A stretch of DNA of 64,000 nucleotides from Anaeromyxobacteraceae bacterium (GTDB lineage: Bacteria > Myxococcota > Myxococcia > Myxococcales > Anaeromyxobacteraceae), in contig JASGHJ010000001.1 in assembly GCA_047602405.1 (NCBI GenBank), positions 1,760,001 to 1,824,000 on the forward strand, written 5' to 3'. Positions 1 through 9,659 of this stretch are shown one piece after another (positions within the stretch are counted from its first letter, which is position 1; the number at the start of each line of letters is the position of its first letter). The position numbers and the translations under genes were made by a program. Under the pieces are notes generated by a model, which had not been told where the DNA came from, did no database searches, and saw only the letters and a list, made by a program, of their open reading frames with translations.

Positions 1-1
1 C

Positions 2-274
2 GTCGTCGGCATCATGCACGCGTTCCGCCAGATGGCGGCGACCGGGCAGGGCGGCTTCGTGGTGGTGGCCTCCGGCATCTCGGAGGCGCTCGTGACCACC
101 GCCGGCGGCATCGCGGTCGCCATCGAGGCGGTCGTCATCTTCAACTTCCTCAACGTGCACGTGCAGAAGCTCGCGCTGCAGCTCCGCCTCGTGACCGAGG
201 AGTACCTCGAGGTCGTCGGCGACGCGCTCGCCACGCTCCGCGGCGGCGCCGCGCGGCCGGGAGAGGGCGCGTGA
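2..274 (+). CDS. MotA/TolQ/ExbB proton channel family protein, C-terminal part (5' truncated by window edge)
   Basis: GISEALVTTAGGIAVAI motif typical of the last TM helices of ExbB/TolQ; followed by exbD-like gene with GTGA overlap. Confidence 0.9.
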   Translation, partial: VVGIMHAFRQMAATGQGGFVVVASGISEALVTTAGGIAVAIEAVVIFNFLNVHVQKLALQLRLVTEEYLEVVGDALATLRGGAARPGEGA

Positions 275-732
275 GCATCTCGACCGGCGGCGGCAGCGAC
301 GAGACCGAGCTCGAGGGCGCCGGCGGGATCTTCGCCGACATCAACATCACGCCGCTGACCGACATCTTCCTCGTGCTCCTCATCATCTTCATGGTGACCA
401 CCACCGCCATCCACGAGGCGGACGAGGCGAAGAAGGAGGGGGCCTTCAAGGTCAACCTGCCGAAGGGCGCGAAGGGCGAGGCCGGCCCCGTGCAGCGCGA
501 CCTCACCGTCGCGGTGCTCGCGAACGGCACGCTCGTGCTCTCCGGGAAGCCCACCGACGAGGCCGAGCTCGGCCGCGCGTTCGCCGACGCGCACGAGAAG
601 AACCCCGAGACGCTCGTGCTGTTCCAGGCCGACGAGGGCGTGCCGCACGGCCGGGTGGTGGCCGTGATGGAGCTCGCCCGCAAGGAGGGGCTCTCCCGGC
701 TCGCGATCGCGACCCGGGCCGAGGCGCCATGA
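271..732 (+). CDS. ExbD/TolR biopolymer transport protein
   Basis: DINITPLTDIFLVLLIIFMV signature, ADEGVPHGRVVAVM C-terminal motif. Confidence 0.92.
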   Translation: MSISTGGGSDETELEGAGGIFADINITPLTDIFLVLLIIFMVTTTAIHEADEAKKEGAFKVNLPKGAKGEAGPVQRDLTVAVLANGTLVLSGKPTDEAELGRAFADAHEKNPETLVLFQADEGVPHGRVVAVMELARKEGLSRLAIATRAEAP

Positions 733-1868
733 ACCCTCCTGCGGTCAAGAAGCGGCTGGGCGAGATGCTGCTCGAGGCCGGGGTCATCGACCAGGCCGGG
801 CTGACCTCCGCCCTCGCCCACCAGCGCCAGTGGGGCGTGCGCCTCGGTCAGGCGCTGGTGGAGCTCCGCATCGCGACCGAGAAGGACATCGTCGCCGCGC
901 TCTCGAAGAAGCTCGCCGTGCCGCAGGCCCAGCTCGAGAAGCTCTCCGGGGCGGCCTACGAGAACGCGCAGGCGCTCGTGCCGCGCGAGTTCGCCTCGAA
1001 GCACAACGTGATGCCCGTCGCCGACGACGGGAACGTGCTCACGATCGCGATGAGCGATCCCGGCAACCTCGCGGCCATCGACGAGCTCGTGTTCCGCACC
1101 GGCCGGCGGCTCAAGGTGAACATCGGCGGGGACCGGGAGATCGCCGCCGCCGTCCGCAGGTACTACGGCGTCACGAACCCGCGGGTGGAGTCGATCGCCC
1201 TCGACGAGGACGACGAGGCCGCGACCGCGATCATGCCGCTCGTCGGCCACGAGCACGTGCCGGAGGCCGAGGAGGAGGCCTGGCGGGCCCCGCCGACCCG
1301 CCTCGGGAAGAGCGCGCCCCACGCGGCCGCGCCCGCGCCGCGGCAGGCGGCGCCGCTCCTCAGGACCGACGACGACGAGCGCGCCGCGCGCGCGGCGCTG
1401 CTCGGCTCGGTGCCGGAGTCCGGCTTCGACGTGGAGAAGACCTCGGAGGTCGAGTACCCGGACCTGCTCTCCGAGGACATCCTCGAGCCCGAGCTCGTGC
1501 CGGAGGAGCCCGAGCTCGAGGATCCGTTCCTGCCGAGGCCGCCGCTCCCGACCGCACCCCTCGCGGCGGCCCCCGCGCCGGCGCCCGCGCCGGCCCCGGT
1601 GACGCGACCCGCGATGCCGGTCCCCGAGCCCGCGCTCGCGCCCGAGCCCGAGCCCGAGCCGGCCGACCCCTCGCTCCCGTCGCGCGCCGCCGCCGCGGTC
1701 GCCGCCGTCGCCTCCCGCGGCGCGACCGATCCGGCCCTCGCCGACGCCGCCCGCGTGCTCGCCGCCGTGCTCCGCGTGCTGCTCAAGAAGAACGTGGTCT
1801 CCGACCGGGAGATCGCCGAGGAGCTGCGGATGCACACGCCCGCGCCGAAGCCGCCCGGCCAGCGCTGA
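729..1868 (+). CDS. GspE/PilB N-terminal (MshEN) domain protein with acidic/Pro-rich tail, no ATPase domain
   Basis: Tandem RLGEMLLEAGVI...ALAHQ / RLGQALVEL motifs; AMSDPGNL..IDEL; no Walker A. Confidence 0.8.
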   Translation: MNPPAVKKRLGEMLLEAGVIDQAGLTSALAHQRQWGVRLGQALVELRIATEKDIVAALSKKLAVPQAQLEKLSGAAYENAQALVPREFASKHNVMPVADDGNVLTIAMSDPGNLAAIDELVFRTGRRLKVNIGGDREIAAAVRRYYGVTNPRVESIALDEDDEAATAIMPLVGHEHVPEAEEEAWRAPPTRLGKSAPHAAAPAPRQAAPLLRTDDDERAARAALLGSVPESGFDVEKTSEVEYPDLLSEDILEPELVPEEPELEDPFLPRPPLPTAPLAAAPAPAPAPAPVTRPAMPVPEPALAPEPEPEPADPSLPSRAAAAVAAVASRGATDPALADAARVLAAVLRVLLKKNVVSDREIAEELRMHTPAPKPPGQR

Positions 1869-1886
1869 GGCCGCCCGGGGCACGCG

Positions 1887-2852
1887 TCAGCGCTGGTGCC
1901 CGAGGCGCACCTCCAGCGCCGGGTGCTCCGCCGCGAGCTTCCGGAGCGCCGCGAGCGAGCCGCGGCTCCGAGGGACGTCGTCCGAGAAGGTGCCCGGCGG
2001 CACGCCGTGGTCCCAGCCCCAGCGCGAGTGGCACGCGTCGCCGACGAGCAGCACCGGGCCCCGCGGCGTGCGCACGAGGTACGCGGTCGAGCCCTTCGTG
2101 TGGCCCGGCACCGAGAGCGCCCAGATCGTCCCGTCGCCGAGCACGTCGACGACGCCGGGGAAGGGTGCGCCCGGCTCGGCCGCGGCCGGGTAGGGCCACT
2201 CCGCGAGCGGTCCCTTGCCGGCGAGCGCGCGGTCCATGTTGGGCCGGAGCAGCCACGCGATGAAGCCGTGCGTGACCTCGCCCGGGCCGGCGTACACCGG
2301 CGTGCCGGCGGGCGCGTCGGCGAGGCCGGTGACGTGGTCCGGGTGGAGGTGCGTGAGGAGGACGCCCTTCGGCGGCGCGGGGTGCGCGGTGAGCCAGTCG
2401 CCGAGCGGCGCCCGCACCTTCAGCGCGCCGAGGTGCATCTGCGCGGCGACGATGCCGCGGAACGCGGCGGCCTCGGGCCGGTCCCGGTGCGCGCGCTCGA
2501 CGCCGGTGTCCACGAGGAACAGCCCCGCGGTCGGGTGCGTGAGCGCGTGGAAGTAGACCTGGATCGGCTCGGCGCGGTCGGTGAGCCCCGCGGCCTTCGC
2601 GGCGGGGTCGTCGAGGTCCACGAGCCCGCCGAGGTTCACCTCCCAGTCTGCGGAGGCGACCGTCTCGACCTCGACCGGGCCGGGCTGGTCGATCACCGCG
2701 GCGAGCGCCGCGTACGGGCGCGCGACGCCGAGGCGCGAGGGGACGACCTCGTGCGAGGTGGAGGCGCAGCCCGCGGAGGCGAGGCCGGCGGCGAGGAGCG
2801 CGGGGACGAGCAGCGTCGTGGAGCGGGACCTCGGGGGAAGGCGGACGGGCAT
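1887..2852 (-). CDS. Metallo-beta-lactamase fold hydrolase (AHL-lactonase-like), probable lipoprotein
   Basis: LVDTG, THLHPDH (HxHxDH), PGHTKG, GDA, terminal GH; lipobox LASAGC. Confidence 0.85.
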   Translation of the reverse strand: MPVRLPPRSRSTTLLVPALLAAGLASAGCASTSHEVVPSRLGVARPYAALAAVIDQPGPVEVETVASADWEVNLGGLVDLDDPAAKAAGLTDRAEPIQVYFHALTHPTAGLFLVDTGVERAHRDRPEAAAFRGIVAAQMHLGALKVRAPLGDWLTAHPAPPKGVLLTHLHPDHVTGLADAPAGTPVYAGPGEVTHGFIAWLLRPNMDRALAGKGPLAEWPYPAAAEPGAPFPGVVDVLGDGTIWALSVPGHTKGSTAYLVRTPRGPVLLVGDACHSRWGWDHGVPPGTFSDDVPRSRGSLAALRKLAAEHPALEVRLGHQR

Positions 2853-2931
2853 GGCGGGTTCCTTTCGAGGCCAGAGGTAGCCCTTCCGCGGCGGATGGAA
2901 AACGGCGAAGAGGGCATGTCATCATCCACGA

Positions 2932-3816
2932 ATGGATATACCCTGGCAGGACGTCCCGCTCTTCCTCGCGGTGGCCGAGACCGGCAGCGTCTCCGCGGCC
3001 GCGCGGCGGCTGCGGCTCTCGCAGGCGACCGCGAGCCGGCGGCTCGCCGAGCTCGAGGACGCGGTCGGCGGCCGGCTCTTCCGCCGCAGCGTCACCGGCG
3101 CCGCGCTCACCGCCGCGGGCGAGCGCCTCCTCGAGCCCGCGCGGCGGATGGCGGAGTGGGGCGCCGAGCTCGCGCGCGCGGCGGAGCGCTCCGCCGGCGG
3201 CCCCACCGGCCTCGTCCGCCTGGCGGCGACGCCGCTCGTGGCGTTCGAGTTCGTGGCGCCCTTCGCGGCCTGGCTCTCCCGCGAGGAGCCCGGGCTGCGC
3301 CTCGAGGTGCTCGCCGACCACCGCTACGTGGACCTCGCCCGCCGCGAGGCCGACCTCGCGCTGCGGCTGCGCGCGCCGAAGGAGGCCGACCTCGTGGTCC
3401 TGCACACGCTCGAGCTCGAGCAGGCGGTGCACGTCGCGCCCGCGCTCGCCGAGCGGCTGCCGCGCCGCCCGAAGCTCTCCGAGATCCCGTGGATCACCTG
3501 GTCGCCGCCGTTCGAGGACCTCGGCCCGAACCCGCAGCTGCGGGAGGTGGCGCCGGACCACGTGCCGGCGTTCGTGTCCGACTCGATCCTCGTGCACCTC
3601 GCCGCCGCGGAGGCCGGGGTGGGCGCCATCGTGCTGCCCCGGCTCCGGCACCGCTTCGCGCGGCGATCGGGGCTCGTGCCGCTCGACGTCGACCTCGGCC
3701 GGTGGGCCCGTGGCGCGCTCCACCTCGTGGCCGCCCGCTCCGCGCTCGCCATCCCGCGCGTGGAGCGGCTCGCGGCGCTGCTCGCGGCGGAGCTCGCGAA
3801 GGTGCAGAGGCGCTGA
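2932..3816 (+). CDS. LysR family transcriptional regulator, divergent from the MBL hydrolase
   Basis: FLAVAETGSVSAAARRLRLSQATASRRLAELE HTH; DLARREADLALR. Confidence 0.93.
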   Translation: MDIPWQDVPLFLAVAETGSVSAAARRLRLSQATASRRLAELEDAVGGRLFRRSVTGAALTAAGERLLEPARRMAEWGAELARAAERSAGGPTGLVRLAATPLVAFEFVAPFAAWLSREEPGLRLEVLADHRYVDLARREADLALRLRAPKEADLVVLHTLELEQAVHVAPALAERLPRRPKLSEIPWITWSPPFEDLGPNPQLREVAPDHVPAFVSDSILVHLAAAEAGVGAIVLPRLRHRFARRSGLVPLDVDLGRWARGALHLVAARSALAIPRVERLAALLAAELAKVQRR

Positions 3817-4042
3817 GCGCCGCGGCCCGAGCCGTCGGCGCGTCACGTTGCATCCTGCACGATCCGTCGCGCTCGCCCCGTCGCGCTCGCACCGGCGGTG
3901 CTGCCGCGACCGGGCGGGGGCGCCCGGTACGGTGCGCTCCGTACCGCGCCGTGCGCCACGAGGGGCACGAGGTGGAGCGCGCCGGCGAAGCGGCCCTACC
4001 TGGGACGCGCCCACGCCGGCCGGCGCGCTACGTCCTCCCGAC

Positions 4043-5173
4043 GTGTCCCTCTCGACCCTGAAACAGGCCGCGCGCTCCGCACGCGGATGGCTCTCCCTCG
4101 CCGGGCGGGCGCGGCTGCCGGCCGACGCGCGTGTCCTCGGGCGCGTCTGGTTCCACGGCGGCGGGCGGGTGGTCGTCGGCCCCGGGGCCCGCGTCGAGGG
4201 CGGCGCGCTGCCGGTCGAGCTGCACGTCGAGCGCGGCGCGGAGCTCGTGATCGGCGCGGGCGCGGTGCTCCGCGGCGGGGCCTCCATCGAGGTCACCGCG
4301 CGCGTCGAGATCGGCGCGAACGCGCGGCTCGGGCGGCTGTGCAAGGAGCTCGACAACGCCTTCCACGAGCCGCGGGGAGACCGGAGCGGCCGCCCGCCCT
4401 CGCGCCCGGTGGTGATCGGCGAGGGGGCGGTCATCGGGGATCGCGCGATCCTCCTGCCCGGCGCCGTGGTGGCGCCGGGAGAGGTGATCCCGCGCGGCGC
4501 GGTGGTGCGGCCGCCGCCGCGGCGCGACGAGCGCGGAGCGCCCGCGACGGGCCGCGCCGCCCCGGCGGGGACGCCCCCGGCGCCGCGACCGGGCGGCGTG
4601 CGCCGTCTCGTCCGGCTCGCGACCTCCGATCCGGGCGCGTTCGTCGAGGCGCTCCGGTCGCGGGTGCGGGCGCTCTTCGTCTTCGAGGGCCCCGAGCGCG
4701 GGCCGGGCGTGCGGGTGCGCGGGCCGGTGCGGGTGGAGCGCCACGGCACCGTGCGCGTCGGCGCGAGGGCGACGTTCCTGCCCGGCATGCTCCAGACGCG
4801 GCTCGCCGCGGGGCCCGGCGCGCTGCTCGCGATCGGCGAGGGGACGGTGCTCAACTACGGCGTGGAGGTGACCGCGAGGACCTCGGTGACGGTGGGGGAG
4901 CGGTGCCTCGTCGGCTCGCACGTGCGGCTCGTGGATCACGGCGGCGGGCGGAGCGGGCCCATCGCGATCGAGGATGGCGTCTGGATCGCGCACGGGGCCG
5001 TCGTGCTGCCGGGCGTCCGGATCGGCCGCGGCTCCGTCGTGGCGGCCGGCTCGGTGGTCTCCGCCGACGTGCCGCCCGGCTCGTTCGTCGCGGGCCGGCC
5101 GGCGCGCGCGCGGCCGCTCGCGGCGGGGACTCCCCACCCGCTGCCGGGGGCGGTCCGTTCATCCCGAGCGTAG
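4043..5173 (+). CDS. Hexapeptide-repeat (left-handed beta-helix) acyltransferase with two tandem LbH domains
   Basis: PVVIGEGAVIGDRAILLPG and PIAIEDGVWIAHGAVVLPGVRIGRGSVVAAGSVV; GTG start at 4043 chosen inside ORF 3710..5173. Confidence 0.8.
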   Translation: MSLSTLKQAARSARGWLSLAGRARLPADARVLGRVWFHGGGRVVVGPGARVEGGALPVELHVERGAELVIGAGAVLRGGASIEVTARVEIGANARLGRLCKELDNAFHEPRGDRSGRPPSRPVVIGEGAVIGDRAILLPGAVVAPGEVIPRGAVVRPPPRRDERGAPATGRAAPAGTPPAPRPGGVRRLVRLATSDPGAFVEALRSRVRALFVFEGPERGPGVRVRGPVRVERHGTVRVGARATFLPGMLQTRLAAGPGALLAIGEGTVLNYGVEVTARTSVTVGERCLVGSHVRLVDHGGGRSGPIAIEDGVWIAHGAVVLPGVRIGRGSVVAAGSVVSADVPPGSFVAGRPARARPLAAGTPHPLPGAVRSSRA

Positions 5174-5201
5174 GCCCGCGAAGCGGGCCGGAGTCGAGGG
5201 A
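5155..5201 (+). repeat. Palindromic repeat family A, copy 1 (overlaps acyltransferase stop codon)
   Basis: CCGTTCATCCCGAGCGTAGGCCCGC-GAA-GCGGGCCGGAGTCGAGGGA; homologous to 17672, 31990, 51654. Confidence 0.85.
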
Positions 5202-5219
5202 AGAGCGCCCCCGGGCAGC

Positions 5220-5286
5220 CTGCCGGGGGTGGGGCCCCGATCCAGCTCCGCTGGTCGGGGCGGGGGCGCGCCGAGCGCCCCCGTGA
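5220..5286 (+). repeat. Palindromic repeat family B, copy 1
   Basis: CTGCCGGGGGTGGGGCCCCG..CGGGGCGGGGGCGCGCCGAGCGCCCCCGTGA; inverted homolog at 43890-43954. Confidence 0.8.
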
Positions 5287-5289
5287 AAC

Positions 5290-5673
5290 TCAGTTCAGCG
5301 CGCCGGGCACCACCAGCGGGAACGCGGCGATGGCGGCCTGGAACGTCGTGCCGTCGTCGCGGATCATCCGGTAGCTGCCGCGCATGGAGCCGTGGGCGGT
5401 CTTGAGGATGCAGAAGCTCGTGTACTCGAACTGCTCGCCGGCGGAGAGGCGGGGCTGGTGGCCGACCACGCCGTCGCCCTGCACCTCCTCGCGGTCGCCG
5501 TTCGCGTCGGTGATGATCCAGTGGCGCGCCATGAGCTGGGCGGGGAGGTCGCCCTCGTTCCGGATGGTCACCGTGTAGGTGAACAGCCAGCGGTTCGCCG
5601 AAGGCTCCGAGCGATCGGGCCGGAAGGCGCTCTTCACCTCGACGCGGATCCCCTCGGTCACGGCGCTGGACAC
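5290..5673 (-). CDS. apaG: ApaG protein
   Basis: FTYTVTIRNEG..AQLMARHWIITDANG..EEVQGDGVVGHQP..FEYTSFC..GSMRGSY; start GTG 5673 (or ATG 5682). Confidence 0.93.
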   Translation of the reverse strand: MSSAVTEGIRVEVKSAFRPDRSEPSANRWLFTYTVTIRNEGDLPAQLMARHWIITDANGDREEVQGDGVVGHQPRLSAGEQFEYTSFCILKTAHGSMRGSYRMIRDDGTTFQAAIAAFPLVVPGALN

Positions 5674-5736
5674 GTGCAGCATGCTAGAACGAGAACGCGC
5701 CTTCCGCCACACGGCGACCCTCTCCCCGGCCTCCCC

Positions 5737-6573
5737 ATGCCCCTCGAGCCCCGCCTCGCCGAGATCCTGAAGGGCGTCCGCGACGCGGGCGGGCGCGTGG
5801 TCGCCCTCACGGGCGCCGGCATCTCCGCCGAGAGCGGCATCCCGACCTTCCGTGGCGAGGAGGGCTACTGGGTCGTCGGCTCCAGGAACTACATGCCGCA
5901 GGAGATGGCGACCCGGGCGATGTTCGACCGGAGCCCGGAGGAGGTCTGGCGCTGGTACCTCTACCGCTTCGGGGTCTGCCGCCACGCCCGGCCGAACGCC
6001 GGCCACGACGCGCTCGTGGCGCTCGAGCGGGCCCTCGGCGAGCGGTTCACGCTCGTCACGCAGAACATCGACGGCCTGCACCGCCGCGCCGGCTCGAGGC
6101 GGGTCTTCGCCATCCACGGCGACGCGCAGTGGGTGCGCTGCGCCGACGGCTGCGGCCTCGGGCTCGTGGACCTGCCGGACCTGGGCGTGCGCGACGCGCA
6201 CACCCCGCTCTCCTCCGCCGACGCGGACCGGCTCGCCTGCGAGAAGTGCGGCGGCTGGCTCCGTCCCCACGTGCTCTGGTTCGACGAGTACTACGACGAG
6301 GAGAACTACCGCGCCGACAGCGCGATGGCCGCCGCGGAGCGCGCGGACCTCCTGCTCGTGGTGGGGACGAGCGGCGCGACCAACCTGCCGTCGCAGATCG
6401 GGCGGGTGGCCTTCCAGCGCGGGGCAGCGGTGGTGGACGTGAACCCCGACCCGAACCCGTTCGCCGACCTCGCGCTGCGGCTTCCGAACGGCTTCTTCGC
6501 GCGCGGGAAGGCGGCCGAGCGGCTGCCGGAGATCGCGGCTGCGCTCGGCGCGGACCTCCCGCCGGGCGCCTAG
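5737..6573 (+). CDS. cobB: Sir2-family NAD-dependent protein deacylase (CobB-like)
   Basis: LTGAGISAESGIPTFRG, TQNIDGLH, HG, Cys Zn pairs, LRPHVLWFDE, VGTSG, VNP. Confidence 0.9.
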   Translation: MPLEPRLAEILKGVRDAGGRVVALTGAGISAESGIPTFRGEEGYWVVGSRNYMPQEMATRAMFDRSPEEVWRWYLYRFGVCRHARPNAGHDALVALERALGERFTLVTQNIDGLHRRAGSRRVFAIHGDAQWVRCADGCGLGLVDLPDLGVRDAHTPLSSADADRLACEKCGGWLRPHVLWFDEYYDEENYRADSAMAAAERADLLLVVGTSGATNLPSQIGRVAFQRGAAVVDVNPDPNPFADLALRLPNGFFARGKAAERLPEIAAALGADLPPGA

Positions 6574-7538
6574 GTTCCGGTCGCCGCCTGCGCCGCGGGT
6601 GACTCGGGCTCCTCGGCGACGCCCCAGCGCTCCTGCAGCCGGTGCCAGGCCGCCGACATCTTCGGCGAGAACCAGTACACGAACGTCGCGAGCGCGAAGC
6701 CGGCGTAGATGTCGACCACGTAGTGGTGGCGCAGGTACACGGTCGCGATCACGAGCGAGATGCCCGGGACGAGGATGATCCAGAAGAGGACCCGCTTCAG
6801 CCGCCAGGCGTAGAGCAGGGTGACGAACGTGATGGCGCAGTGGAGGCTCGGGAAGGCGCCGCGCGAGGAGGTCGGGCTGATCTCGACGAGCTTCTGCTGG
6901 GCCTGGGTGAACCACGAGCCCACGAGCGGCTTCGTCCACTGCCCCGCGAGCACGAGGCGCGGGGGCGCGGCCGGGAACACCACGTACAGGATGTAGCCGA
7001 AGTAGAAGCACAGCACGGTGCCGAAGAGCGCCGTGCGCAGGTCCTCGCGCCGCCCCTCCACGAGCAGCCAGACCGTGAGCGCGATGGTGATGAAGAAGTA
7101 GTTCATGTACGCGAGCGAGAAGAAGTCGGTCCAGAACGGCGTGTAGTACTTCTCGATCCACACCGTCGGCTGCAGGCCGAACATCCACTGGTCGATCGCG
7201 ATGAGCTGGTCGTGAACGTCGTGCGGGTTCACGAAGTGAATCGTGTCGTGCAGGTTCGTGTAGACCGAGATGCAGAAGGCGAACGGCGCGACGTCCCGGA
7301 TCCAGCCGACGTGCTTCCAGTGCGGCTTCTTGTGGACGATCCAGAAGAAGATCGCCATCACGAGCGCGGTGATCGCGAGCCGGTAGATGCCGTGCAGGTA
7401 GCGCGGCCGGACCCGGCCCTCGAGCTCGAGCACGGTCAGGTACGCCTTCGTCGTGAACCAGGCCGACGGGACGAAGAAGAGGAGCGGGGGGATCTCCTCG
7501 GGACGCAGCCCGATGATCGCGCGCAGGATCCGCTTCAT
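6570..7538 (-). CDS. PAP2-family integral membrane phosphatase/phosphotransferase (AUR1/IPC synthase-like)
   Basis: FPAAPP, AFPSLH, YLRHHYVVD motifs; multiple TM helices. Confidence 0.85.
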   Translation of the reverse strand: MKRILRAIIGLRPEEIPPLLFFVPSAWFTTKAYLTVLELEGRVRPRYLHGIYRLAITALVMAIFFWIVHKKPHWKHVGWIRDVAPFAFCISVYTNLHDTIHFVNPHDVHDQLIAIDQWMFGLQPTVWIEKYYTPFWTDFFSLAYMNYFFITIALTVWLLVEGRREDLRTALFGTVLCFYFGYILYVVFPAAPPRLVLAGQWTKPLVGSWFTQAQQKLVEISPTSSRGAFPSLHCAITFVTLLYAWRLKRVLFWIILVPGISLVIATVYLRHHYVVDIYAGFALATFVYWFSPKMSAAWHRLQERWGVAEEPESPAAQAATGT

Positions 7539-7896
7539 GGCCCCTCGTGCCCGGCGGGATGCCGGGAGCGCGCAGGGTCGCCGGGGAGGGCGCTCCTGTC
7601 AACCCGGCCGCGCGGCGCCCGGCCCCTCGGCCGCCCGGTGGTGCCCGTCGGCGTCCCGCTTCGCGTTCACGGCGACGACGGTGCCGTCGACGGGGCTGAG
7701 CGCGGAGACGGACTTGCCGGCGGCGGGGCGAACCGGTCGGCGCCGGGACGGGGCGCGGGCTTCCTCGCGGCGGGGGCGGGCTTCGCGGTGGCGGCCGCGA
7801 CGGCGGCGTGCGCGGTGGCCAGGAGCGCGGCCTCGGTCCGCACATGGTCGGGTGCTGCGGGTTGCTCGAGGTGAGGTGCTCGTTGACGGTGGGTGA

Positions 7897-7971
7897 CTAC
7901 CGGGCGGCGAGGACGTTGAGGGTTCCGACGACGGCGACCGCGACCACGCACACCACGAAGGCGAACATCAT
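7897..7971 (-). CDS. Candidate 24-aa single-TM small protein MMFAFVVCVVAVAVVGTLNVLAAR
   Basis: AAGGAG RBS 7 nt before ATGATG, GC3-rich codons, TAG stop; below ORF track cutoff. Confidence 0.5.
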   Translation of the reverse strand: MMFAFVVCVVAVAVVGTLNVLAAR

Positions 7972-8194
7972 GTCTGGACTCCTTCACCGGTTGGGTTCGC
8001 TGCTCACTTCCTGAGCCCATCCATTGCGTGCGCCGGGCCAACCGATCCGGGCGTGTCCGGCTCCCGGGAGCTCCGTCATTTCAACGACTTGAAGGAGCCG
8101 CGCCGGCGGGGCGGGGCTCCGCCCGCGTGGGGATTCTCTTCACCTGTGGAGGAGTTCAGCGATCGACGGAGGGCGCGTTTAGAAAGAGGAGACC

Positions 8195-9655
8195 ATGCCC
8201 ACACGCACCCTCCCGGCAGGCCTCGTGGCCCTGCTCCTCCCGGTCCTCGCGCTCGCGCAGGCCGCCCCCGCGCCGGCCGCGCCCCCGCAGGCGGACCTCG
8301 AGCGGCTCCGCGACGCCGCCCTCGCGAGCGACGGCTCGCTGGACGTGGCCCGCGACCTCTGCGACCGCTTCGGCGCGCGGCTGTCCGGATCGCCGCAGTA
8401 CGAGGCCGCGGCGCGCTGGCTCGGCAAGGAGCTCGAGAAGGCCGGGCTCGAGGTGAAGCTCGAGAAGGTGATGGTCCCTCACTGGGTCCGCGGCGAGGAG
8501 AGGGCCGAGCTCGTCGGGTGGCCGGGGCAGGGCGCCGGGCTCGTCCAGCCGCTGCACGTGACCGCGCTCGGCTCCTCCGGTGCGACGCCAGCGGCGGGCG
8601 CGACGGCCGAGGTGGTGGTGGTGCCGGACGTGGCCGCGCTGCAGGCGCTCCCGCGGGAGAAGGTCCAGGGCCGGATCGTCCTCGTCACGACCCGCTTCGA
8701 CCGCCGGCTCGCCGAGAGCGGCGAGGCGGGCCAGGCCTACGGCGTCGCGGTCGCGGGGCGCTCGCGCGGGCCGGCGCTCGCGGCGAAGCTCGGGGCGGCC
8801 GCGCTCCTCATCCGCTCGGTGGGCGGCGCCGAGTTCCGGCTGCCCCACACCGGCAACACGAGCTTCCCGAAGGACGTGACGCCCATCCCGGCGGGTGCGC
8901 TCGCCGCGGAGGACTCCGACCTCGTGGAGCGGCTCGCCGCGCGCGGGCCGGTGCGCCTGCACCTCACGATGACCCCGAGGACCCTGCCGGACGTCGAGCA
9001 GATGAACGTGGTCGCGGACCTGAAGGGCTCTACCCGGCCGGACGAGGTCGTGATCCTCTCCGGCCACCTCGACTCCTGGGACCTCGGCACCGGCGGCCTG
9101 GACGACGCCGCGGGCGTCGCGCAGGCGGTCGAGGCGGTGCGGCTCGTGAAGCAGCTCGGCCTGAGGCCGCGGCGCACGATGCGGATCGTCGCCTGGGCGA
9201 ACGAGGAGAACGGCCTGCGCGGCGGCAAGGCCTACGCGAAGGCGCACGCGGCGGAGCTCGCCGGGCACCAGGCCGCGCTCGAGAGCGACATGGGCGCGGG
9301 GCGGCCGCTCGGGGTCCTCTTCGGCGCCGACCCGGCCGTCGAGAAGCTGCTCGCGCCCGTCTCGAAGGTGCTCCTGCCGCTCGGCGCGGGCATCGTGCGC
9401 TCGCGCGACGAGGTGGGCGCCGACATCATCCCGGTCCACGTCGCGGGCGTCCCGGTCTTCGCGCCCATGCTCGACACGCGCACCTACTTCGACCACCACC
9501 ACACCGCGGCCGACACGTTCGACAAGATCGACCCGCGGGGCCAGCGCGAGAACACCGCGGTCATGGCGGTGCTCGGCTACCACCTCGCGAGCATCGAGGA
9601 GCGGCTCCCGCAGCGCCCGCAGCCGCTCCCGGAGTGGCTGAAGGACGATCGCTGA
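8195..9655 (+). CDS. Secreted M28 family metallopeptidase (carboxypeptidase Q-like) with PA domain
   Basis: Signal peptide; SGHLDSWD, DDAAG, NEENG, ESD, HHT..DTFDK; AGAGGAG RBS. Confidence 0.9.
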   Translation: MPTRTLPAGLVALLLPVLALAQAAPAPAAPPQADLERLRDAALASDGSLDVARDLCDRFGARLSGSPQYEAAARWLGKELEKAGLEVKLEKVMVPHWVRGEERAELVGWPGQGAGLVQPLHVTALGSSGATPAAGATAEVVVVPDVAALQALPREKVQGRIVLVTTRFDRRLAESGEAGQAYGVAVAGRSRGPALAAKLGAAALLIRSVGGAEFRLPHTGNTSFPKDVTPIPAGALAAEDSDLVERLAARGPVRLHLTMTPRTLPDVEQMNVVADLKGSTRPDEVVILSGHLDSWDLGTGGLDDAAGVAQAVEAVRLVKQLGLRPRRTMRIVAWANEENGLRGGKAYAKAHAAELAGHQAALESDMGAGRPLGVLFGADPAVEKLLAPVSKVLLPLGAGIVRSRDEVGADIIPVHVAGVPVFAPMLDTRTYFDHHHTAADTFDKIDPRGQRENTAVMAVLGYHLASIEERLPQRPQPLPEWLKDDR

Positions 9656-9659
9656 CGCC

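Noticed and set aside
1560..1680. Short tandem repeats (GCGCCG, CCCGAG)
   Set aside because: Encode a PA/PE linker inside the CDS; not CRISPR or mobile
2924..2937. Inverted repeat ATCCA-CGAA-TGGAT over the LysR start codon
   Set aside because: Plausible autoregulatory site but short and ordinary for divergent LysR genes
5737..6573. Sir2 protein as an anti-phage defence effector
   Set aside because: Canonical Zn-binding CobB-like deacylase in housekeeping context with no defence partners
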